Source: Phaeosaccion multiseriatum (Eukaryota; Protista; Ochrophyta, other classes). From it: a DNA stretch of 64,000 bases. Location of the stretch: positions 620,001-684,000 of the forward strand of contig OZ218953.1 in the NCBI GenBank assembly GCA_965112735.1. The letters are read 5' to 3'. The notes under the pieces are model-generated. The model worked only from the letters and a program-made list of their open reading frames with translations. It did no database searches and was not told the origin of the DNA. Of the stretch, positions 49,501-60,931 are shown in pieces (the stretch's first letter is position 1; every line of letters begins with the position of its first letter). A program made the translations under genes and the position numbers.

Positions 49501-51703
49501 CGGCTTTCTTACCCTCGGCACACCCGGCATCACTTTGTTCTACAAGCTGCTGGGTGCCGACGTCTCCTGGCGCTGCTCCATTTCCACCTTTCTCCGAGAG
49601 TTTGACCTCATCACGATTGGGGCCGGCGCTTCGGTGACTGGCTCGCTGTGTCCTCGCTCCTTCACGCCGTCAAGCATGGTCTTTCGCAGCATTGTTGTGG
49701 GTATGGGCGCAGAGGTGGAGGCGGGGGCTGTGGTGTACGGTGGGGTGAAGGTGGGCGAGGGCACACAGGTCGCTCGCCTGTCCGTTGTATACCCCCTGAC
49801 GCGCATTCCTGCTGGTGATGGCGTGTGGGAGGGCAACCCGGCGCAGAGGAAACAGAGCCGCCGCAGCGCCGAGGAGGGGGGTGGACGAGCTAGGATGACC
49901 GACAGAGAGAGACACTTGGCAAAGGGCAGTGACGGATGGGCGAATGAAGCCCTCCAACTCCTGCAAGGCGTGGTGCGTATGGTGCTAATTACGGCTTCTG
50001 TCATGCTCGCAGCCTTCTTTAGCTGGATGCCCGCCGTTGCGTACACCTTCATCGGTGTGTCAAGAGACTTTCGATACGCAGGAGTCATGAGCACGGTGTT
50101 TGGAGTGTATGGGGCTCTCCTGACTCTTGCCCTGTACCTGGTCCTGCTCAAGTGGGTCATTGCGCCGAGCTGCCTCCTTCGACCCGGCGTGTACACCGAC
50201 AACTTTGGAAGGGCGCTTCGTCGATGGTACCTCGGCAAGCTTCACAGCCAGGTGTCGGGCTACGTGCTCGTGTTCGCCCGCTGGCGCCTGTTCGACTGGT
50301 GGGGCAAGGCTCTGGGTGTGCGCATGGGAAGGGGGGCTATCAACTCGAGTGATGGCGCGTACAATCCCGAGACGGCCCACCTCATTACGTTTGGTAAGAA
50401 GGGAGGACAGGTCTAGCGGAGTGTATGTGGGAGGAGGGGGGATGCTTGGTACCAGCCGCGTTTTGCCACCATGGCTATTCGCCATGCTATGCGTTGCTTA
50501 GAGCGAAGGGCCTTTTTTCTCTCATCCCTTGTCTCTACTGAACGGTCTTTTACCACATACCCCAATAAATCCACAGGAGATGATGCTTTTGCTTCGTATG
50601 CCGCATTCACTACCGATGAACCGCTGGGGAGGGGCAGTGCCAACATTGGTAGTGCCACTGGAGGCAGCGCCGGGGGGGCAACACGTGTGCGAGGGACCTG
50701 CACCGTTGGGGACGGAGCGCTCCTCGGGTACATGTGCGTCATGGGGCCTGGTGCTGCCATTCCGGCACAGCAAGGCGTTGAAATGTTCACGGCTGTAGCA
50801 GCTGGGGACACAGTCGTGTCGACATCGTGGGGCCAGGGCGCAGTAGTGAAGGGAGGGAGGGAGGATGCCGCCTCATCTGCAGCGCTCTCGGGACCCGGCG
50901 CACTCACAAACGGAGACATCGAGCGTTGGGCCGCCTTTGTCGCCAGAGAGACATGGGGCACGCTGCTGTGGCTGGCGACCCATGTGGGGAGTCTGGTGGT
51001 GGTGGTGGAGGTGGGGAGGCACCTAAACCAAAGCGTGGGGAAGAAGCGCGGCATGAGCTTTGAGGCCATGCTGCCCCTGTACGGGGCCGTGTGCGGGTGT
51101 GCAGGAGCCCTTGCCCTCACTCTTCTCTTGGTGGCTTCCAAGTGGCTGCTCGTCGGTGACTTCAGCCGTGGTGCGGACCCAATCACGGGAGCGTGCATGT
51201 CCTCACAGAATGTTTCTCGGAGCGCGCGGACGCAGTACTTCCGCCTTCTGACCAGGATGCGTCTCTTCTTTCTGCTTTACATTCTGACGCCTTTATTCAG
51301 CGGTACATGGCTGTACAATCTGTACGTTCGAGCGTCGTGTGCGCGGCCCAAGGATATCTCGCTCGAGGCGTTGGTGTTGGGGGTGGATGTGTTCGACTTT
51401 GACTTTCTCACCTTGGAAGCAGGTGCCATACTTGACATGGGCAGTGAAGTCAAGGGTCACGTGCTTCGCCAAAGAGCTGCTGGTGCTGGGGGAGACGGCA
51501 CTACCGGGCTGCTGGTCATGTCCCCCTGTAGAGTGAAGGCAGGGGCAGTCCTTCACCCCTACGCCTTTGTCACCCACGGCACCGTCGGCAGTCGGGCCGA
51601 GCTCTTCGCCTACAGTCCGCCGCTCATGGGGCAGGGGCTGCGCGATGGAGGCAAGTACGGTGGCCGCGGAGTGCCAGGATTGCTCAAGAGCAAGCTATCG
51701 TGA
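43439..51703 (+). CDS. Gene C: FAAL(b)-ACP-KS(y)-ACP-Pls/PosA-like terminal domain (type T1); AT-less, about 2218 aa
   Basis: Exons 43439-43576, 43868-44551, 44740-45056, 45259-45302, 45425-46179, 46372-46984, 47125-47611, 47738-48033, 48198-50393, 50577-51703 (6657 nt, in frame). KS DTACSS/HATGT/GHMEG; ACP GMDS. Confidence 0.88.
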
Positions 51704-54691
51704 GACTGCTGGAGCGAGGGCTCGACTATTGTATCGCTCAATTTGTATGTAGTACAGCTCTTAGTTCAAGGTTTGCAAGGGAGGGCCCTTCCATATCATG
51801 AAAATAGTCAAGAGACTCGGTCGGAGGAAGAGAGGGAGGGAAGGAAGTAAAGCAGTGTATTATGTACTTAATAGCCCGTAGAGGAGCGTCGGGTGTCTCT
51901 CCAGACAACACATCAGTCCTCAAGACGCAAATGTCGCGAGGCATCTCCCCCTAACAACAAGAGACAGCCAAATACCCACAGGCTCTTGAGAATACTTTAC
52001 TCTTTCTACTACGCCTCGACTGTCAGTAAACGCCCTCATCTGTGTGAGTACACAAGGCCTTCATCTCTCTCTCTCTCTCCCTGGGCTGTGCACAAGGAGG
52101 TGCCGCAAAGAGTCACCGTGTGTCGTTGATGGTTGTGCTGCAGCACGCACGGCACTCAGAGGAGTCCTGCTCGCTGTAGCAGGGGGCACACGCCTCCTTC
52201 GCCTGAAACCTTCTCCCAGTCAGCACAACTCTGCTCTTCCTCTCAGACCACGCGGGCGCTGCTTCGCGCTCCCAGTGTCAGCTCGTACCCCTTCGCTCCC
52301 ATCTTGCTCACATCCAGTGTCGCGCCCTCACCCAGCACGAAGCCGGGAAGGGTCAGCGAGCGAGCGTTCAGCCTCGCCCCCTTGCCGACGCGCACGCTCT
52401 CAACATACATTACCCCACCGTGCTCCAGAATGTGGCACTGGGGCATGGCGTGCCTCTCCACCACAACGTCATCCTCCAGGGTGAGCAGGTCGGGGTCTGG
52501 AACGAAACGGCAGTCAATGTGCACATTCGATCCGGCTCTCAGTCCCAGCAGGCGCAGATACCACGGAAGGAGGGGTGAGCCCGCGAGCAGCTCGACGACA
52601 GTTCCCATGGCGAGAGTCTGGCAGGCTGTGGCAGAGGTCCAGCGAACGTACTCCAAAGACGATCGTGTAAAGGAGTGCGCCTTCCTCCGGGTGGGCATCA
52701 CGGCCCACTTCAGTGCAGCAGAAGTCACCGCCACCAGCGCGAGGAACAAGAGCAACCACAGCGGTAGCGTCACGAGGATGCTCTTGTCACCCAGCTGCAG
52801 CACGACTTTACTGATGGCGAGACTCACTAACGCTGCCAACGTGTACAGATGGAGAGCAAGTACACACGGCTGCAGCACCGGCATGAGCAGCATGGCGAAT
52901 ACCTGCAATGCACTGAGCTTCTCCGTCGACGCGCTGCCGGTTGCAATTTGCAGCAAAGGGCTGCCTCCAATCTGCCCCACCGCCGTACTGGCCAGACTCG
53001 TTTGCAGCCTGCGGTCGCTCATGCTTCGTCGGGGTTCGTCCACTCTGACGGGTTGCCCGCCAGGAGCATTCACCCTGGAAATGATATCCACGGGAGGGGG
53101 CAGGGAAGACACCCCTCCCTGTCCTCCGAGGCAGGTGGACCGTGCTTGGAGCTCGTCGCTCTCTCGCACAACACTCAAAGCTCCAACCTCACAGTCCGCT
53201 GGAATGCTCGCGCCGGGCAGCGCCACGCAGAAGGCTCCGAGTAGCGCGTTGTCACCGATTCGCACTGTGCCCGTTACGTAGCGTTGCCTGCCTTTCGCGT
53301 CGACCTTAAACATGCCCGTGATGGGGGCGGACGGAATGCCTAGATGAGACTGCGTCCCGACGGAGAGCAACTCCGGCTCGTACGGGTACTCTGCGAAACT
53401 CGTCACACCCAGGCCAAAGCGAGCCCCCATGCTGGCCAGCCAAGCGTTCTCTGCCTGTGTCGCTACTGTGAAGGGCATCACCGTGCGAGACGTAAATGCC
53501 ATCAGGTCGGCCACCAAAGCCCTACGAAGAGCCTCGAATGAGGAGACTGGCGTCGTTCGGGGCTTGCGCGGTAGCAACATGGCCCACTTGATGAGAGCCA
53601 CAATGGTGCACATTGCAGCTGTGTACACCACCCACGTCAGTGCTCCAGGCCACAGCGCCCCAAACAAGTAGTGTTGCTTCAGCACCCGCATCAGGACGAG
53701 GTTCACAAGGCCCCGGTTGATGCCCGGGAAGACGGCGAAGAAGGGGATAGACAGCGGGCCCGCCAGATTCCATGCCATCAACAGAGCGAGTGTCGCTGAA
53801 GAGCCTTCTAGACCAGATGCGAAACCCAGTGCTCTCGTTTCGTCTGTGGGGTAGATGCCGCCAACGCTCAGAAGCTTGAAGAGGGCCCTCGAGGCAATGA
53901 AGGTCCCCACTGCCACCACAAGCACCACGAAGTACAGCCTCAGGACAGTCCATAGGATGTCCTCCACCGCAGATGAAGTACGTGCCGACAGTGACGCTTC
54001 ATTCACACCCATTCCGCCCTTCGGGCGGCCCCGTACTTCTGCGAGCGCTCCCGCTGCGTGCTCGCTTGGTAACCTTCCTCCCTGATTCACTACCACCCAC
54101 GGCTCCACACTGCAGCGGGCATCGACAGAAGCTGTGCCAAAGGAGACGTCTCTGATGCCCACAATGTGCGTTCTGAAGATCACTCCCTTGTTCACCACAG
54201 AGTTGTCGCCGATTACTACCCACTCTGGGTCGTACAGCTCCGTGGTGTCCAAAATCACGTTGCAACCAATCGTGGCTCCCAGGGCCCGGTAGTACAACAC
54301 CAGCAGAGGGGAGCGACGCAGGAGGAAGCTGTGGTTACTGGCAGTCCAGCCCATGAGCCGCTGCATCGTCCACCAAGCGATGAACTGAGCAGAGCGCCTC
54401 TGAATCTTATCCGCTGTACATCCAGCCCTCACTGGTGGCACAAGGAGGCGCTTCGAGAGGATGACAACTGCCATCTGGAGGAGGAGGTAGGTGAGCCATC
54501 CAGCCGGTACTACGACCCCTCCAGCGAATAGCAGCGACCGGTCCTGTGCGTACTTGAACACACATCTGACGAAGCCGTACATGGGTAGGAGGATTGCCCA
54601 GGACAGGTAGGCGAAAGCACATACCCACAGCAGCGCCAGGAGCCACTGGGGAGCGTCTTGGACTCGATCCTTGGCCGAACCTTCCGTCGCC
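48848..54691 (+). repeat. Direct segmental duplication, copy 2
   Basis: Near-identical to 31369-37221. Confidence 0.95.
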
Positions 54692-57600
54692 ACTGCCGCG
54701 CGTCCGCGTTGGCCAGCCTCAGGGCTGCTGCTACCAAGCGAAGTAGTACGATTACTACTTGTACCAACGCCCCGACCACCCCGGCCCCTGCCGCCTTCCT
54801 TCTCCTCTCCTTCTTCGCTCACGGTAGCAGGAGGAGTCGCCACGCGGGAGCACAAGTGGGAGAATAACCTCGAGAAAGACGGATGAGAATATATGTCCGT
54901 TGGTCTGACGGCCGCGTCGAGCTGCAAAGCCTTGGTGAGCTGGGCACACAAGCCCACAGTTGAAAGGGAACCTGACAGCCTGTCCAGGAGAAGCTCCTTA
55001 CTCGAGCGTAGCTCTTCCAAAGTGGGCGGGAACGTCCAGTCGTCCTCCTTTCCTGCTGCCATTCTGTTGTACACGTCCGTGAATACACGAAAGATGTGCT
55101 CCTCCCTCGCCTGCACGCGAAAGCGTTGCTGCCAAGCGAGCTCGCCAGGCCCTACAGAGCCTGCTGGGGAAGGTGGGCTAAAGGTGTCTCCGAACTTTTT
55201 GACCCAGTCCTTGGCAGGCAGGAGGGCCACGTCAGCCAAAGGAGCAGGCCGCATCGCAGCGGCATCAGAGAGGACGTCTCCCGCTGGGGGAGGAGGAGAT
55301 GTAGGACCCTTGCCATCATGTGTTGGTGCTGCTCTCTGCGGGAGGGGAAACTCTCGCGACGAGGGGAACCCTTGCCAAGGGGTATCACCTCGCTCTGCTG
55401 CGCCTTCGGGCCTCATGTCGCCATAGCTGCCCAAGATGACGTGGGCGTTTACTCCGCCAACCCCGTAGGAGTTGACACCTGCGAGCAGCGTTGAGCCGTC
55501 GGAGCAACAGGAGGAAAGGGGCGTCCTTCGGGTGGGCAGCGTGACGGGCACGCCCTCCAGCTTAAGCTTGGGGTTGACCTCCTCCTGGTGAAGGTTGGCT
55601 GGGGCCTCTCGGTGCTGCAGTACCAGGATGGCCTTGATGAGCTGAGCCATTCCCGACGCCCCCTCCATGTGGCCCAGGGTAGTCTTGACGGTGCCCACTA
55701 CAAGGGGGGAGGCCTCAGGCCTGTTGGAGGTGAAAACGGCCTTGAGAGCGCCTAAGATGCATCACACGATGGTAAGGGGGGAGGGAGGGAGGACATGAAT
55801 GAGCCTTGGTTTAACCTCTCTCAACGCCATCTCACATTCTTCGAGCTCACAAGAGAGAGAGTTTACGATGCCTCTTGTTGCCACCTCTCCGCCCTTTGCG
55901 GCCTTCACAACTTACCCATTTCGATGGAGTCACCAATAACGGTTCCTGTGGCGTGGGCTTCAACGTAGCTCACTTCTCTCCCCTCGCACCCTGCCTGCCG
56001 TAGTGCCCTTCTCACTAAGCTCTCCTGGGCGGTTCCCTTGGGGGCGGATAGAGAACTGCTGACGCCGCTGTGGCTGACAGCCGCTGCCTTGATGACGGCG
56101 AGGATGCGGTCCCCGTCCTTGATGGCCTCAGGCAGGAGCTTCAGCACGACGGCCCCGCTGCCCTCGCTGCGCACATATCCATCCCCACGAGCGTCAAAGG
56201 ACTTGCAACATCTGAAGTACGAGAGGGGACATAGCAAGGAGAGGTGTGTGCTCAATGACTGTTTCTCCCGTGTCTCTCCCGACTTTCTCTCGAAACCGTA
56301 AGCCAACCCAAAGGCGCCCCATTAAAAACACACTCACCCTTCTTTAGATAGAAGCCGCGCATCGGCCAGGCCGCCAAAGGCTTGGTGGTGGAGCAGCAGG
56401 TTCACACCGCCAACGATCGCAGAGCGGCTCTCCCTGAGTCTCAGGCTTTTGCACGCGTTGTTCAGAGCCACTATTGCCGACGAGCATGCTGTATCTACGC
56501 TTTCGCATGGACCTTCAAGGCCGAGTGTGTGCGAGATGCGGGTAGCGATGCAAGCTCGGCTTGCCCCCGCCAGCACGTACGGGTTTCCCTTGGTGAGTTG
56601 TGGGTTCTCGTAGAGAAGAGTAGGCCAGTCACTCCCTGCCACGCCCACAAACACGCCGACTCGGTGCCCTTCAAGCCTGTGCCTGCCCTCGTAGCCGGCT
56701 CTATGCAGAGCCTCATACGCCACTTCGAGCATGATGCGCTGGTTGGGGTCTTGGGCCTCCGCCTCGGGGATGGACATACCGAAGAATGCGTTGTCGAACG
56801 CTTCCACGGTGTCGATGAAGCCTCCTGATCGCATAATTAGGGGAGAGGAAGAGCAGATGTTTAGGAGGGTGCTAAGAAGTACTGCAGAATACAGGCTACT
56901 CAGGTTGAGCTGCATGCCGCAATCAATCATGTGTGTGCAGCAAGGCAGACTTATAGCGTACCTCTCACTCCCGCTCCCAAGCCTCGCTCAGAGGGCGCAT
57001 CGGTGACACAGTCTTCCTCATTGCACAGCTTCGCCCAGAGCTCTTCCGGGCTGTTGCAGCCAGCGGGGAAGCGACAGGCCATCCCAATGACTGCAATGTC
57101 GCTGCCACTATCAGAAAGAAGAGAAGGAGGCAGTCCGTCAGCAGAAGCGTCGTCCCCCTCTCCCTCTCCAAACAGGGTCGTCTCTACGTGAGCCGCCAAG
57201 AGAGCAGGTGTCGGATAGTCGAAGAAGGCCTCGGCCCCAAGCTCAAAGTCCTTGTCCCCCTCCTCCTCCGTTCTCTCGCTGCCCAGAAAGTTCTCGAGCA
57301 TCACCGCCAGCTCCGCCATCATCACCGAGGTCATGCCCGCCTCCATGAAGCGGTCGTCGGCGGTCAGAGCTCGATTGTGCGTCACCTCCACTGCAAAGCC
57401 TATGATCTCCTCCAAGATGATGGCCACCCTTGCCTGCCTACCGAGGCTCTCCATAGAATGAATGGCCAGACTGCTCTCTCGTTCTCCTCTTCTTTCCGGG
57501 ACCTCGCCTTCGACGGAGCGAGGCCTGTCCTCCGGAGTCGGGCGCGTGCTTGCAAGGTCATCAAGAGGAGGGTCCTGTCGGTGTGTGTGGGTGAGGAAAC

Positions 57601-60545
57601 GGGCAAAACAGGTGGGCGAGACCAAAAACAACTTCCTCAGCAGACGCGTTCCCGCACCAGAGCAGGATGAAGAGGTTATTCGCACCTGTGACATCGCAAC
57701 CGCCCTCCCTCCCTGCCCACTCGCGGTGTCCTCGGTGAGCTCGCGCACCATGTGCAGCTCGCCAGCGTGAAGCGCCTGCCTTGTCGCCCGCCGTCGGATC
57801 TTGCCGCTCGTGGTCTTGGGGATGGTCTTCTGCTTGACGGCCACCACCCTGGCCGCTCGGAGGCCCAGACAGGACGACAATGCGGCTTGGGCGGCCTCCA
57901 CCACTGCCTGAGCCTCGCTCTCTCGCTCCTGCCGGATCTCGAACACCACCTCCAGTACGCCGTCCCCTCCCGTCTCGTCGGAGGAGAAGGCCGCAATGCA
58001 GCCCTGCCGAACGGCACTGGAGGCCTCTTGCACAGCAAACTCCACGTCCTGCGGGTAGTGGTTGACCCCGTTGAAGATGATGAGGTCCTTGATGCGGCCG
58101 CAGATGTACAGCAACCCCTCCTCCACAAAGCCCACGTCGCCCGTCCGCAGGTACTTGTGACTTGAGACATCACTGTCATCGCTTCCCTCTGCTCCTCCTT
58201 TGGGGAGTGCGAGTGTGGCACCAAACGTCTCCTTGGACAGCTCGGGCTTGCCCCAGTACCCGGCGGCGACAGAGGGGGAGGAGATCCAAATCTCTCCCGT
58301 GGCTGCTGCTTCGCTGACCTCGACCCTGGTGTCAAGATTGACGATTCGAATGTCCATAAAGTCAAGTCTGTCGCCCGGGGAGCCGACGCTGGTGAGGTCG
58401 GTGCGAGAAGGTGATCGATCGAGGACAGTGGCCCAGGAGACTGGAGAAAGAACGCAAAGCGGTGGGAAGACAAGAGGACGAATGTATGAGCCTTTGGGCC
58501 GAGTCCTATCCGGAGAGAAGGAAATGCACCACCGCCTGTCCCTCCTCCTCGACCCGCCCCCCCTTCTGTGAAGGCTTCTTACCTGACACCACGTGTTCAG
58601 CGAGTCCGTACGCAGCCGAGAACCACCTGCCAGTGTACAAGTCAAAGAGAGGTACGTACAAGGGAGAGTGGCACAAGGTTAGAAAGGACTCAGCGGCCCA
58701 AAAACGGGGGCAGCAGGGAGGATGCCGTGACAGATCTCTCGCGCTCAAGCGCAGGTCAAAGTGACTACCACCCACTCACTCACCCCTGCCGGAGACCGAA
58801 AGGCAGGAAGGCCGCTTCGAACCTCTCCACCGTCTCCGTTCGAATGGGCTCAGCTCCCGACGTCAGCGTGACCACGGAGGACAGATCCAGCTTGGGCTCC
58901 TTGCGAGTGCCGCGCACCTTGGCCATGTAGCGGGCGCAGAGAGCGTAGGCGAAGTCGGGGGCGACGGACCACTCCACGCGGTGCCGAGAGACGAGCTCCA
59001 GCCAGAGCAGGGGCCGCTTAATGAACGTCACGGGGGACATGTAGTGCATTGTCATGCCCGTCAGGAAGGGGGTGAGGAGGCCGAGTACGAGACCCATGTC
59101 CTGAGAAGCACAGAGAGAGTATGGTCAATGGCAGGCCTACTCAAGAAGGAGAACGAGGGGGGGGGGGTTAAGACAAAAGGCCCACTCACAAGTCGATGGC
59201 AGCAGGGTAGTGAGTGGGGCGCGAGGGAGCAACAGCAAAGACGAGCGAGAAGCAAAGCAGAGCAGAGGGGTGTGGCTGGCCGCACATTATTGCCTCCCTT
59301 CCTCACGCTTGGGGCTTCATTCCTTGTCATCTGTTTCCCTGTTTCTCCTCCCCTCTATCCTCTACTCTCGACCCTGGACAAGATTACAGTGTGCGCCGGC
59401 CGTAATCAGTAATCAGCCCCCGGCTGGCGCATAACCAGTAATCAGGCCGGCTGGTCACCGCTGTTTCTCTCTCTAACTCACATGATATTGGGGCAACCAC
59501 GAGAAGCCCGTCGTTGGCACGTGGTGCAGCCGCTGACTTGGCGCAGGCCTCTCGCCTGGACCGCTGCTGCTCGCCTCGGGCTGGTCTGAGGAGGAGTCTC
59601 CAGCCTTGTCCGAGGGCCACATGCGGCACATCCCCGTGGCAGGGTGGCAGCCGATGAGGTACACGTTGGCCATGAGTGCACCGAAGGTCACCATGACGCC
59701 TTTGGGGTCGCCGGTAGAACCACTCGTGTACTGCAGGAACGCCAGGTCCTCCTCGGTCACGCTCGGCTCGTCAAAGCTCCTCAATGCGTCTGACGAGGAG
59801 GAGGAGGAGAAGAAGCTCGGAAGCAGCCCCCCATCCGTAGCCTTAAAGTCGAGGTCCTCAGGCCACAGCTTGCGCGAGTCAGAGAGTGGATTGGCTCTGT
59901 CCACTCTACGCACAGCTGCTATCGTGGTGTCGGTGAGGCACAGCAGGGGCTTACAGTCCACCACTATCTTGCTCATCTTGGGCAGTGACTTGGACAACGG
60001 AGGAGCGGGCGGGTACACCATCACCGCCACCACGCCCGCTCTCAGGCAGCCCAGGAAGGCCGCGAAGAAGTGCATGCCCGGCCCGTAGCACAGTACCACC
60101 ATGGCTCCCTTGGGCACACCCCACTCCTCCCGCAGCATGTAGGCAATCTTGCCCGCCTAAGAAGAAGGGGCAGGAGAAGCTTAGCTAAGCAAGGCCGCGT
60201 GAGATAGAGTCGTGGAGAGCGGGGGAGTGAAGGAGGAGAGAAGAAAGACGAGGAGGAGGTCACCCCCCCCCTCTACTACGTAGTGTTTGCACTCGCCCCT
60301 CGAGTGATGTCGTCTAGGGACACATCGGTGGCGGCGGGCTTTCTCTTCCCTCTTACCTCAGCCCACGTGCGCCTGAAGCTGTACTGCTCCGCCAGTCTAC
60401 CCTTTCCATCGTACCAGAAGGCGAAGGGCTTCTCCACGAGCTCGGCCACAACCTCGTGCGCTCTCCCTAGCAAACTTTGTTGCCCTGCCCTTTCTTGCCT
60501 GCCGGGTCCCCGCAGCCTTGGAAAGTCTGGAGGCTCGTCCATCAT
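52243..60545 (-). CDS. Gene D: FAAL(a)-ACP-KS(y)-degenerate ACP-Pls/PosA-like terminal domain (type T2); AT-less, about 2294 aa
   Basis: Exons 60545-60357, 60156-59482, 59100-58784, 58626-58583, 58440-57686, 57574-56962, 56824-56338, 56211-55916, 55751-52243 (6885 nt, in frame). Exon lengths 317/44/487/296 are shared with A, B and C. Confidence 0.88.
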
Positions 60546-60555
60546 ACCATTCCGG

Positions 60556-60577
60556 CTGCTGCAGGCTGCTGCTGCTG

Positions 60578-60635
<58 letters not shown>

Positions 60636-60654
60636 CTGCTGCTGCTGCTGCTGC
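60556..60654. repeat. (CTG)n / (CAG)n microsatellite upstream of gene D
   Basis: Directly visible. Confidence 0.9.
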
Positions 60655-60931
60655 GAGATGGCCTTTGTTTGAGCAGCTGCATCCGGCGACGTGCTTCTCT
60701 TCTATTCGTTCGAAAGAAATCCGACGGTGGGGGCGGAACATGCGGATGTAACGGGCAAACAAGACACTATCAAACGTCAGATGCTTCCTACAACTACAAC
60801 ATGTGTGATGGGTACGAGTACTTTTTATCTTTCTTATGAGGAGGGGACACTGCTGGGGTGAAGGAGGTCCAATGCCGCCATCGCTTCCCCCAGCTAAGAG
60901 GAGGAAGAAGAGGCCCAACTCCCCCCCCCCC

